From positions 2,108,001-2,172,000 of the forward strand of contig OZ218951.1 of NCBI GenBank assembly GCA_965112735.1: a DNA stretch of 64,000 bases, read 5' to 3'. Source of the stretch: Phaeosaccion multiseriatum. Lineage: Eukaryota; Protista; Ochrophyta, other classes. A program made the position numbers and the translations under genes. Below the pieces are notes generated by a model, which ran no database searches, was not told the origin of the DNA, and worked only from the letters and a program-made list of their open reading frames with translations. Positions 23,466 to 36,088 of the stretch are shown here, piece by piece (position 1 is the first letter of the stretch; each line of letters opens with the position of its first letter).

Positions 23466-23694
23466 CACATGTGCGGACGGCACAAGTGGCCCACTCGCAG
23501 TCTGCACAGCCTGGTACATGCAAAGCAAAGACCCGCCTCTGCGTCCATCCCGCTCATCAAATTTGGGTCTTTGCAGGACGGGCCTTTGCAATCGAGAATA
23601 CTATCATCCAAATGGGCTCCAAGAGCGTTGCCCGTGTCACACAACACAACAACACAGGAGCTATCTCGCAGGACCCAACCCACGCAAGCCCACC

Positions 23695-25353
23695 ATGAAC
23701 CTCTCTCTCTTCACTCTCTTCACCCTGCTCCTTGTCGCAGTGCTCTCCAGCGCCGCCCGAGTCCCTGACACCTTCTCCGAGGCCCGCGAACTGCAGGAGT
23801 AAGTTCCATGAGCATCAAAAGGGGGGAAGATCTTTTGCCCCGCTCTTGTCGCCTCATTCGAACACACCTGCGCTTGAGCCCGCTGTCCCTCCTCTGCCTC
23901 GCAACCCCCCGACTCATTGCCCGCCTCCGTGCGCTTCTCCCCCCCTCCTCCTCTCTTGACATCCGCCTCCACCGCCTCCACTCCCCCGGGCTCGCGCTTC
24001 GTCCTCTCCTGTGACGTTTCTTCTCCATCGACCTCACGGACTGCGCCAACAATAGCGACGGAAACGATGAAGATGACTTCGGGGATAATGGCGACCGCCG
24101 CGCCCGCAAACTGTAAGCCCCCAAGTGAACTTGCATGCTCAAGCGGAGTCTTCTTCTCCTCACTCTACTCTCTTCTCTCCACTGCTCCTCTCTTCTCGGC
24201 CCTGCGGGTCACACCGCGGACCGGGCTTCTATCAACTTCGGTCTTCACTTATATCGACAACAGCCAAGCATCGCCCACACCTGCGCCCTCTGGCAACCGC
24301 CGCGCCCGCAAGCTGCAGGAGTAAGTTTCCCCCTCGCGCCCTCTTTGCGTCCCTCCCTGGGTTTCTCTCTCCGTCCCCCCTCTCCCGGCTTTACACTTGC
24401 CGGCGTCTTGACATCTTCCTCTCCGCCCCTCTCCTCGCGCTTCGTCCCTCTCCTATTCATTCTCCATCGCGCGCCATCTGCACACCATCGTCGCGTCGTG
24501 TCAGGGACGGAGACGAAGAAGATGACTTCGGGGATGATGGCGATGAAGATGACTTCGGGGATGATCGCGACCGCCGCGCCCGCAAACTGTAAGCCGCCAA
24601 GTGAACTTCATGCTCAAGCGAAGTCTTCTTCTCCTCACTCTACTCTCTTCTCTCCACTTCTCCTCCCTTCTCGGCCCTGCGCTTCACACCGCGGACCGGG
24701 CTTCTATCAACTTCGGTCTTCACTTGTATCGACAACAGCCAAGCATCGCCCACACCTGCGCCCTCTGGCAACCGCCGCGCCCGCAAGCTGCAGGAGTAAG
24801 TTCCCCCCTCGCGCCCTCTTTGCGTCCCTCCCTGGGTTTCTCTCTCCGTCCCCTCCTCTCCCGGCTTTACACTTGCCTTCTTCTTGACACCTTCCTCTCC
24901 GCCCCTACCCTTACGCTTCTTCCCTCTCCTGTCCTATCTCCATCGCGCGCCATCTGCACACCATCGTCGCGTCGTGTCAGGAACGGAGACGAAGAAGATG
25001 ACTTCGGGGATGATGGCGATGAAGATGGCTTAGGGGATGATCGCGACCGCCACGCCCGCAAACTGTAAGCCCCCAAGTGAACTGCATGCTCAAGCGGAGT
25101 CTTCTTCTCCTCACTCTACTCTCTTCTCTCCACTTCTCCTCTCTTCTCGGCCCTGCGCTTCACACCGCGGACCGGGCTTCTATGGCTTCTATCAACTTCG
25201 GTCTTCATTTACATCGACAACAGCCAAGCATCACCCACACCTGCGCCCTCTACGTAAGTTCCAGCTCGGCGTTTTCCGCTCTTCTTTTTGCTTACTCCAC
25301 CTCCGTATCGTAGTCCTTCTTTTCGCTGCAGAGGAGCCGACTGCCGCAACTGA
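23695..25353 (+). CDS. Acidic/Pro-rich RxL peptide precursor, copy 2 (8 micro-exons)
   Basis: Exons 23695-23798, 24056-24112, 24264-24320, 24505-24588, 24739-24795, 24981-25064, 25224-25253, 25332-25353. One extra acidic + Pro-rich exon pair (EDGDEEDDFGDDGDEDDFGDDRDRRARKL, QASPTPAPSGNRRARKL) relative to copy 1. Confidence 0.85.
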
Positions 25354-26199
25354 GCGATGTCCTTCTTCAAGGCGTGCAAGCTTTGGTCAAGCTGTTTGGT
25401 GGGAACTCCGTGGGAGAGCTCCGTGCGTTGTCAGCGTAGGGCAGAGGGCACGGGAGATTTAACAATTTATGCTTGATAAGTCCAACCTCGTCACCTCGGT
25501 ATGCTTCTTACATCTTGGGCGGAGAACGACGAAAGTTCGTGTAGCACGAAGGCATGCAGGGCGGTGCTGTCGCTGTGGCTACTGCCCCTGCTTCTCCTCG
25601 TGCTGGAACCGCTTCGGCTCCGGGTCGTGGAGGTGCTCGCTTGCTGTCGCCCTCGTCGCCACTCCTGGAGTCGGAAAGGGCAGCCGCCTCAGTTGGGGTG
25701 GCGAGGGGGCAGTGGCGCCGGCGGCCTCCTCGCTGCTGACGTACTCGGGCTCCTGCCCCTCGGCCCACGCTCCCCTTCCCTGGTCATCGACCTGCAGATC
25801 CACATGGATGGGAGGTGGTGCCTGGTCGAGGCAATTGTGGTAGCTTGTAGAGGAAATCGACGGCGGACGGTAGTAGCTATGTGAGTATGCATCTCACAGC
25901 CGAACAAAGTGTGGTGGATCTCGAGAGAACCGATGGGGGCCCGTTAGAGTACTGCACCACAGACTAAGTGTCCGTAGTGGTGCCTCCGATTAACCTTGCT
26001 CCAAGGAGTTGACGCCTAAGAGGTACCTATCTCGATCTGTCTCAGGTAAAGAACTAAGGGGAGAGGAGGGGATGTGGGACACGGGCCCGTTACTTTTGGC
26101 AACGGCACTCATACCTATACGTGAAGGTCTTACGGACCCTTCCTCTCCCTACTAGCCCCCGGGAGAGAATGTTCCTGCTGCTAGATGGCACAGTAAGCG

Positions 26200-28270
26200 G
26201 CCTAGGCCTAGACACCTCTAGGCCTATAGGTGGGATGGAGCCGAAGTGAGGGAGTGAGGGGGGTGAGTGAGGGAGTGAGTGAGGGAAGGATGGAGTGCTG
26301 TGTGAGTGAGAGAGGGGGGAGTAGTGAGGGTGGGGAGTGAGTGAAGGCTTGGGTGCGTGCGTGCGTGCGTGAGTGAGAGTGAGTGCGTGCGGGAGTGATT
26401 GGGTACGCGAGGGACTGAGGGAGTGAGGGGGGTCTGCCAGGAAGTGAGGGAGTGAGGGAGTAAAAGCGTGACGGAGGGAGGGTGGGAGGGAGGGAGGGAG
26501 GGAGGGAGGGAGTGGGTGAGTGAGTGAGGGGGGGGAGATGGATGGAGGGAGGGAGGGAGGGAGGGAGGGAGGGAGGGAGAGAGGGAGGGAGGGAGGGAGG
26601 GAGGGAGGGAGGGAGGGAGGGAGGGAGGGAGGGAGGGAGGGAGGGAGGGAGGGAGGGAGGGAGGGAGGGAGGGAGGGAGGGAGGGAGGGAGGGAGGGAGG
26701 GAGGGAGGGAGGGAGGGAGGGAGGGAGGGAGGGAGGGAGGGAGGGAGGGAGGGAGGGAGGGAGGGAGGGAGGGAGGGAGGGAGGGAGGGAGGGAGGGAGG
26801 GAGGGAGGGAGGGAGGGAGGGAGGGAGGGAGGGAGGGAGGGAGGGAGGGAGGGAGGGAGGGAGGGAGGGAGGGAGGGAGGGAGGGAGGGAGGGAGGGAGG
26901 GAGGGAGGGAGGGAGGGAGGGAGGGAGGGAGGGAGGGAGGGAGGGAGGGAGGGAGGGAGGGAGGGAGGGAGGGAGGGAGAGAGGGAGGGAGGGAGGGAGG
27001 GAGGGAGGGAGGGAGGGAGGGAGGGAGGGAGGGAGGGAGGGAGGGAGGGAGGGAGGGAGGGAGGGAGGGAGGGAGGGAGGAAGGGAGGGAGGGAGGGAAC
27101 GGATGAGGGAGGCAGGCAGGCAGGGAGGGAGGAAGGGAGGGACAGAGGTAGGGACGGAGGGAGGGAGGGAGGGAGGGAGGGAGGGAGGGAGGGAGGGAGG
27201 GAGGGAGGGAGGGAGGGAGGGAGGGAGGGAGGGAGGGAGGGAGGGAGGGAGGGAGGGAGGGAGGGAGGGAGGGAGGGAGGGAGGGAGGGAGAGAGGGAGG
27301 GAGGGAGGGAGGGAGGGAGGGAGGGAGGGAGGGAGGGAGGAAAGGAGGAAGGGAGAGGGGAGGGAAGATGGAGGGAGAGACGGAGGAGGGAGTGAATGAG
27401 TGAGTGACACCTCTGGGCCTATAGTGGGGATGGAGCCGGAGTGAGGGAGTGAGGGGGATGCGTGAGGGAGTGAGGGGGTGGGTGAGGGAAGGATGGAGTG
27501 CTGCATGAGTGACAGAGGGGTGAGTAGTGAGGTTGGGGAGTGAGTGAGGGCTTGGGTGCGTGCGTGCGGGAGTGATTGGGTGGGCGAGGGACTGAGGGAG
27601 TGAGGGAGGTCTGCCAGGAAGTGAGGGATTGAGGGAGTAAAAGCGTGACGGAGGGAGGGTGGGAGGAAGGGAGGGAGGGGAGTGGGTGAGTAGGTGAGGG
27701 AGGGAGGGAGGGAGGGAGGGAGGGAGGGAGGGAGGGAGGGAGGGAGGGAGGGAGGGAGGGAGGGAGGGAGGGAGGGAGGGAGGGAGGGAGGGAGGGAGGG
27801 AGGGAGGGAGGGAGGGAGGGAGGGAGGGAGGGAGGGAGGGAGGGAGGGAGGGAGGGAGGGAGGGAGGGAGGGAGGGAGGGAGGGAGGGAGGGAGGGATGG
27901 AGGGGGGGAGGGAGGGAGGGAGAGACGGGAGTGAGTGAGTGAATGAGTGAATGAATGAGTGAGTGAGTGAGTGAGTGAGTGAGTGAGTGAGTGGGTGAGT
28001 GAGTGAGTGAGTGAGTGAGTGAGTGAGTGAGTGAGTGATGGAGGGAGGGAGGGAGGGCGGGAGGGAGGGAAGGAAGGGAGGGAGGGAGGAAGGAGGAAGG
28101 GAGAGAGGGAGGGAAGAGGGAGAGACGGAGGAGGGAGTGAGGAAGTGAATGAGTGAGTGCGTGCATGCGAGCGTGCGAGTGCGTGCGTCCGTGTGTCTCG
28201 CGTGAGTGAGTGAGTGAGGAGTGGGTGAGTGAGTGCTGGAAAGCGTGCGTGTTTGTGTGAGTGGGTGAGG
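26200..28270. repeat. Compound (GGAG)n/(GAGT)n microsatellite block, copy 2
   Basis: Same layout as 13690-15600, with different tract lengths. Confidence 0.9.
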
Positions 28271-28543
28271 GGTGCGTAGGGGCTGGGGATGGAAGGGGGA
28301 AGGGGAAAAGAAGATAGGAGGAGGAGTGGTGAAGCAGCTTGTTCTTACGTTATTACCACCTACACTCACACCAACCTCCTTGGACGTCTCTCTCTCCTTC
28401 ATCCTCCTACCTACCCCACAGCCTCTCACGCTGACCTCTGCTCCACCCCATCAACACTGCCTCTGCAAGTCTGACGAGGGCCATTTTCGTCCCCTTCCTT
28501 CTCAACGCCCTGGCCAAACCGCAGGCGAGAGGTGCCGCTTTCA

Positions 28544-30195
28544 TCATGCCATCTCCTCCGCCACCTCCTGCAGCACGTCAGGGCCAATCTCTCTCTGGGA
28601 CACCTTCAGCCTCCCTTCCTTGCCAAAGACAGGGTCAATGTCCCGCATCAGGTCCAGCGCGCTTTGTGACGCAAAGTGCTGCCTGTCGGCGGTCAGGAGG
28701 AATTCTACAATACGGGCTTCATCGCGATCCTCTCGCGCTTTGGTCAGAGCCTTTGTCAGTGAGGCCTCTCCTGAGAGCAGCTCCAGCGCCGCCCCGCTGT
28801 GGCCATTCAATGCTGCACAAAATAAGGCCGTTCCGCTGCTGACACTGCCCTCATTGTCAGGATCAGCCCCTGCAGACAGGAGCTCATGAATCACTGCCCC
28901 ATGACCAAACGCAGCAGCCAGCAACAAAGGTATACCCCCCACCCTAGTCAGCATTTCCACATCGGCACCTGCTGAGATGATCTCCTCCACGACACGAGCA
29001 TGACCTCCATGAGATGCCAACTGGTATCGCCCCCCACCCGTCGCCACCCATGGCATTCAACTCTGCACCCGCCCTGAGCAGCTTTCGCACAATACTTCTC
29101 TGCCCTTCCATAGACGCTCCCATCAACGCACTTCTCCCCTCCTCACCATTGCGGCGTTCGAGTTTCGCGCCGGCTGCGAGGAGCTGATCCACCACAATGC
29201 CATGTCCATATTGGCTTGCAAGATAAGATAGAGCGCATCCCACTGGCTGCGGCCTCCTAAATTCGCCTCCGCCCCGGAGATGAGGAGCAGCTGCGTGACC
29301 CTGTGGTGTCCGTTTCGGGTGGCCATCGTCAAGGGGGTGTGGCCCCAAGCATTCCTGTCATCCAAGTGGTTGGGATCAGCGCCGGCCGACAGCAGCTGCT
29401 GCACCACCGCAAGATGTCTTCCATGGGAGACCAATACCAACGGCGTAAAGCCTACGGAATGTCTTACGCACCGTCCTTGAGCAGCTGCTGGACCACCCTT
29501 TTCTGTCCTCCAAGACAGGCATAATGGAGCGCCGTCTTCCCTCTCATACCTACACGGTCCACCTCTGCACCTGCCGATAGCAGCTGCTGCACCACTGCAT
29601 GATGGCCGTGCTGTACCGAAAGGGTCAACGCCGTGGAACCTTCACTGTCAACCCAGTCCAAGCTGGCACCGGCGGAGAGCAGCTTGGGCAACACCACAAC
29701 GGCCCCCTCCGAGGAGGCCGTCATGAGAGCCGTGCTTCCCTCCATCGTTACTGCATTGACATCCGCACCAGCATAGAGAAGCTGTGGTACAATAGCAGCA
29801 GCATCCTTTACCGTACATGTACCCATTAACGCAGTCAACCCGCACACACGATTTGCAGCATTCACCGACGCTCCCTCTTACCCCCCCCCCCCCCCCCTTC
29901 ATGTATAGCTGCGGGTAGGGCAAGCCACCCTCTCTCATCGAGGGGCTCGCCCAAGCACGCCTTCCTCCCTCCGTTTGTAGTGACGAGGGCTCTCACCGGC
30001 CCTTTCACCTTTTTGACGCTCTGGCCACTGGTGATGGCTTCCTTCAGGCGGGTGGCCTGCCACGAGGAGAATAAGCAACAGCGCGAGAGCAGGAGGGGGG
30101 CACGCATGGACCGAGCGAGTTACTGCGTCGTTCGAATGAGGGACAAGAGGGGAGTTTTAAAATTTGTATACCTCAGTGCTGAGGGTCCTTTGCAT
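28544..30195 (-). pseudogene. Ankyrin-repeat protein family B copy 2
   Basis: Exon 1 MQRTLSTE|gtatac. Exon 2 ATRLKEAITSG. Several frameshifts (poly-C at ~29885, ~29460, ~29225, ~29020). Carries a repeat (GKTALHYACLGGQ) absent from copy 1. Confidence 0.8.
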
Positions 30196-30499
30196 GGTTG
30201 AGCAAGGCAGAAAGAGAGAGGGGGAGAGAAGGGTGCTGTGCTCGTGTAAGAGGCAAAAGACAGGCACCGCTCATCTAGGCAGCGGCTGCGCGGACGTGTC
30301 TGTCAGCACTCAACACAACCATCGGCATCTGTGAACCCCCCTATCACCAAACCAACTACTGTACATACGCCCTACTCCACAAATAAGTTTAAGTAACATT
30401 AGAACTCCCCAGAAAAAGCAACCACAACAAGCAAAAGCAGAGCCTTCTGTAGCTCCCTAGTCAGCAGCACCCTCTCAAGGGCGGGGCCGCTTGCTCACC

Positions 30500-31017
30500 A
30501 TGGCGCAGCAGGCAACTTTAACGCCCGAGGTACGGATGTAGCGTCCTGCCTCCGATAAGGTGGTATGCGATACGATAGCTGCGCTGGGAAGCTCACGTGT
30601 CGAGTAGTGAGCAGCTCCCCGTTGATCCCTTTTTGTCCGGTTTATGCGCCTCTCCCCCCTAAACTCGTTTCCCTCAACCCCAGGCGCGGCGACTCGGGCA
30701 GGCTCTGGAAAGAGGAGATAGCTTCCTCACTGTGAGAGCGCTGATTGGGAAGCTCATCGCCAAGCACGGCAAAGCCAGTTTGGATCAGCCTATCAATGAA
30801 GAGGGCGATTCGTCTGCACTCTGCGCTTCAAGATACGGTCGGCTGGATGTCTTGGACCTTCTGCTGCGAGAAGGGGCCTCCTTCAGAACCAGAGGCGGGC
30901 CCTTTGGAGACACGCCGTTGATAGGCGCTGCCTGCAACGGGCACGATCAGGTGGTGAGGCGGCTGTTGGACATTGGAGCCCCTGTCGACGAAGCGAATGA
31001 CGCAGGAGCTACTCCCT
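30500..31017 (+). pseudogene. Ankyrin family A copy 4, 3'-truncated at the array breakpoint
   Basis: Exon 1 30500-30529 (MAQQATLTPE). Exon 2 from 30684. Homology ends after DAGATP. The frame then runs antisense into the ORC2 3' end to a stop at 31367. Confidence 0.8.
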
Positions 31018-31094
31018 TCGCCCGTTCGCCGAGGGTCGTTAGGCGCCTCGCCGTCCTTCGCGGCCTCGCGTCTCAGCCCCTCAGGGCCTCTCCA

Positions 31095-34000
31095 TCACAA
31101 CTGCCGATACGCCAAGATGCGCTCCAGCACCTCTCTCGAGTGCGGCACCGAAATTCTCCATCCGCTGAGCACCTTGGCCGCCGCTACCGCCCCTCCAGAA
31201 ACCTTGCGGGCCGCCCAACTACCACGGCGAGGAGCCGTCGAAGAAGACGAGGAGGGCCCCCCGCCTGGCAAGCTGTGGCGCTTCACCTCCACAAAGCTGT
31301 GGTCTTTGAGCTCAACGAGGGCCTTGTCCAGCTGGTGGTTCTGACTCAGCGTACCGTTGCGACGTAGCCGCGCCAAGAGGACTTCCTGATCCACCCCGGG
31401 GAGGCCTTGCTCATCATCCTCGTCTTCATCCCCACCACCTCCTCCTGCTGCTGCTGATGATGCTGCTGCTGCTCCTCCTTCGCCGTGTCCCTTGCGGTTG
31501 CCCAGGCCTACCGCCCCCCCCGCCCCCACCGTGCTCGCCGTGGTGCTCCTTTGCTTGCGATCCTCCCTCTCCACCGCCATCCTGGCAATGGTCTGGAGTA
31601 CCTCAATGTGCCGGGGCGTGAGCGACTGCAGCACGTACTCCAGCCCTTGTGCAGAAGACGCACCACCCTTCCACCTCCCCCCCTTGCCAGCCACACCGTT
31701 CCCCTTCAGCCCACCGCCCTTGGACCCCGCTGTGTCGCCCTCGACCTCTGCGTCGTACGGTGCAAAGGTTGCCGCTTCTTGCCACACAAAGTCAAAGAAT
31801 CCTCGGTGCTGCCCGTTGAGCTCCCCCTTCAGCCGGCCCCCCACCTGATCCTCCTCCTCCTCCTCCTCCTTCTGCTGTCGCTGCTGCTGTATCACCAACT
31901 TCTGCTGATGGTACTGATGTTGAACATTCCCCTTACCCTCTGCACCCGCAGGACCCGGCGACCCCAGCCTTTCACTCGTACTCCTTACCGATGATGCATG
32001 TCCTGGGTGTGCAGCCGACGACCCGCGGCTCTCACCATGACCGTAAGTTTGCCCTCCAAGCGCAGCGTACTCACCGGACTCGTTGCTATCGACACCTTCA
32101 CTGTTAAAGGCCGCCGAGGAAGGGCGGCCAACAATCTCTGCGTCCCACAGAAAGGCTGCATTGACGTGGTCCACAGAAGCAATGAGATGAATGTGCGGAC
32201 AGCAGGCGAGCCACGCCAGGGCCTCTTGGGAAGGGGCGTTGCGCAGTTTGCATCCGTCGATGTTGTGGACGACGAGGTAGAGATGGGAAGGGGCCGGCAG
32301 AGTAGAGAGGTTGGGAACCTTCTTGCTCTGTCAAGTAGCAGCAGAAGCAGCCGCGGTAGCACAGCAGTAGTGACAGAGTAGCAGCGGCAGTAGAAGGAAG
32401 AGAACACAGAGCCACCATAGCATGAACAGGGGGTGGGAGGGGGGTGGGAGGGGGGAGGGAGGGAGGGGAACAAATATAGTCAGGCTTACATGTCCTTCCC
32501 TCTCTCCTCTGGCCACTTTCAAAAGGGAGTGACCCATGCTGTTCGTTCCTATGTCAATACATGCTCTGAGACATACCGACCGACCTCACCCTCTCTCACC
32601 TTCGTGCTGTGCTCTCTCATGCCATCCGCCACCTGCCTGCGTATCGCCGACCTCGCCGCCGTAGCAGACGCGCGCTCAGGCTGAGAGGAGGAGGGGGGGG
32701 GAGGAGATGGAGGGATTCATAAGTGCTATGTAGGGGGTGGGAGTGCATCACTTTACCCCTCCCTCCTCCCCTCCTCCCCTCCTCCCGCCCTTCCCTCCCT
32801 CCATCCCTCCCTCCCTCCCTCCTCCCTCTCCTCCTCCCTTCCTCCACTCACCAGTACCCCGCCCACCCCCGCGCTACCGCCAACGCTGCTGCTTCCCCCT
32901 CCCCCGGTGCCAAGGGCCTTTCCGCCACCAGACGCCGCCGCTCGTGCCTGTCTGTAGGCCCCGTTGATGTTGAGAGCGTACTGCACAGGGTCGCTATCTG
33001 AGAGATCGGATCTACCCAGGACACGGTACGAGATGTCTGTGAAGAGAGGAGGGGAGGGGAGGGGAGGGGAGGGGAGGAGAGGGGAGAGGAGGGGAGGGGA
33101 GGGGAGAGGAGGGGAGGGGAGGGAAGGGGAGGGGAGGGGAGGGGAGGGAAGGGGAGGGGAGGGCAGGGCAGCAAGAATGAGGGCGGGAAGGGGGGAGGGG
33201 ACAGAGAGAGAGAGAGAGAGGGTTCCCTTCGACCTCGGATACCGCTACCGCCTATTCGGATACCCTACGTCTCGTACCGTCCAGCAGCGCCGCCACACTG
33301 GCCCACAGTTCGAACCCGAGAAACTCGTACACAGCGCCCCCGTCCCGACGCAGCTTCTGACGGACAAAGTCCTGCTCAGGTGCAGCAGTTGGTGATACAC
33401 GGGGCAGGAGCAGGGACAGGAGCAGAGTCAGGGTCAAGAGCAGGGTCAGGGGGTAGGTCGAGGGTGAGGGTGAGGGTGAGGGTGAGGGTCAAAGTCAGGG
33501 TCAGGGTCAGGGTCAGGGTCCGGGTCAGATGCAGGGCGAACGCGACAGCACAGCGGGAAGGACGATACATGCCTCCCATGCGGTCCACCTACCTGCAGGA
33601 GCTGCTTCTTGCTACCGAAGCCGTGCAGCAAAACGCTGTGCCCGCCCCCCGCCCCTTCTTCCCCTCCTCCCCCTCCTCCTCGCAGCAGGTGGTACCAATC
33701 GTCAAAGGCGCCCCCCGGCCGGGCGAAGCTCTGCCTGAGGGCGGTGAGGGCCCTTTGGTGGTGGTTGTCCTCGTTTTGCTGCTGCTTGGCCATGTCCAGG
33801 AGCTGACGCGGCCCGAGCGCCGCCAGAGACGATTGCCAAGCGGGAGGCACTGACGCCGTACCGCTGACGCCGCCTGCATTGGGGAGGGAAGGAGGAAGGA
33901 TGAAGGAGGGGGGGTGGGGGGGAAGGACAGGCGCAGAGAGTGTGTGAGACTGTGTGAGACTATGTGTGTGCGTGTGCGCGTGCGCGTGTGTGGTGCGTGT

Positions 34001-36025
34001 GCGTGCGCGGAAAGTGCAGAAAGCAACGAATGAAAGCACAAGCACCGGGTAATGGAGAGCCCCCCCCTGCACACATCCCAGAGGTTCGCTGTGTCGCGTT
34101 GACGCACCTTGCTCCCTCTTCCTCTTCATCGTCTTTCCCTTGCGCCCCTCGTCTTCCTCCCCGTCCCGCTCCTTCTCCTCGTCTGTGCTGCCGTCCTCGT
34201 CCTCCTCCTCCTCCTCCTCCTGCTCATCATCATCATCATCATCAGCGTCTTGCTCCGCTTGCTGCCCACGCCCTTTGCCTCCTCCTCCTCCCGCTGCTGC
34301 TGCTGCCCCCTTTCCCTTGGCCTTTCCGTATGCCTTTCCCTTCTGAGCTATGGCTTGCATGGCCTTCTTGGCAGCTCTCTCGTCGGCCTCTCGATCTTGC
34401 CTGCATACAAAGTAAGTGCGCGGGAAAGGGAAGGACGGGTATAGACCACGTTCGAGGTTGGGGATGGGAAGGTAGAGAGGGCGTGCACGTGATACATTCA
34501 TGCGTGCGTGCGTGCGTGCGTGCGTGCATGCATGCGTGTGTACGTATGTGCATACGTGCATATGTGCAAGCTTCGCCCAGACCCAAAAAGCAGCCCGACA
34601 AGACAAGCAGCAGAGTGCGGAGAAAGTCCACAAGTCGAAGCGCCTCGTCTCCTCTCCTCTTCCTCTTGCCAAGGAAGGGCTTTGTTCCAGCGCTCTGCCG
34701 GCCCTTCACCAAAACAACCGACTTTGACTGACTGACTGATTGAATGATGGAAAGCACTTCACTTCACTTTACTCACCTGTGCATAGACGCAATCTTGTTC
34801 CGCTTCTTCTTCTGAAACGCCTTCTTCTGTGCACCCCTTCCTCCTCCTCCTCCTCCTGCTGCTGCTGCTGCTGCCGCCGCTGCTACTCCTGACGCACTCG
34901 CAAGTGCCCCTACCTGGCTGCGCTTCGTTTGCCCACCGCTGCCGCCCAGAAAGTAGCACTGAGGAGAGAGATGGGGCGAGTGGGACAGGGCAAGGCAGAG
35001 CAGAGCACAGGAGAGCAAAGTGGACAACGCACGTCACAGGAGAGCCACAGCCAGAGAGAGAGAGTAAAAGGCGAGAGAGAGAGATGGAGAGAGAGAGTAA
35101 AAGGCGAGAGAGAGAGAGAGATGGAGAGAGAGAGAGAGACAGGAAGAGTGAGAACGACATGAGAACGAAATAGAGAGAGAGAGAGAATGCACACACTAGG
35201 TGAGCGTCCTCCTTCATCTGAGGGAGGACAGCGGGCGGCTCACTCGCTCCAAGGACGCGACGCACCACACAGCACAGACCACACGGCACACGACACACGG
35301 CAGGTGGGACTCACACACTTCACTCACTCACTCACTTACTCACTCTTTCATTCACTCACTCACTCACTCCTTCACACATTCACTTCTTCACTCCTTCACT
35401 CATTCAATCCTTCACTCACCGACGCCCCGTCTGGCAGCTGCGAGAAGGCCCGCTCATCGCTCTCTGTAGCAGCCGACCCACCGCCTCCCGCCCACCCCCC
35501 TTCCTCCTCCTCTCCACCAAAGTACGAGTCTCGGAAGGCCTCGATTGCGTCCATCTCCCTGTGGCGCTCGACCATGAGCGCCTCCTCCTCCTCCTCCTCC
35601 TCCTCCTCCTCTTCCTCCTCTTCATCCCCTTCCTTTTCCGCCTCCTCCTGCTCCTCCTCCTGCTGCCGCCCGACAACACAGCTAGCAGCAGCATCATCAG
35701 CACCGTCAAGAGTTGGTGATACAGAAGCATCAGCCGACTGCTGCCCTTCCCCCAAGACCGATGTCGATGCCGAGGCCTTCTTCCTCCTCTTGACGACGCT
35801 CCTCTCCATGTAGCGCGCGAAATGACTGCGCAGCGCCCCTGACGACTGCACGTGCTGCATCACAGCCGTCTCCGAGCGGAAAAAGTCGATACCCTCTCGC
35901 TTCCGCACGTCTTGCCACTTCTGGCCATGAGTCGGAGCTCGTGCGCAGTCAGCAGCAGCAGCAGCAGCAGCTCCTCCTCCTCTTCCTCCTCCTCCTCCTC
36001 CTCCTCCTCCTCCTCCTCCTGCTCC

Positions 36026-36088
<63 letters not shown>

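Larger units (their letters stand above)
4900..31017. repeat. Tandem segmental duplication: two full ~12.6-12.8 kb units plus a truncated third
   Basis: gctc(g/a)cgtgtcga at ~5253, ~17825 and ~30591. The ORF track repeats almost identically from 7.3-17 kb at 19.2-30 kb. Homology stops abruptly at ~31017. Confidence 0.95.
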
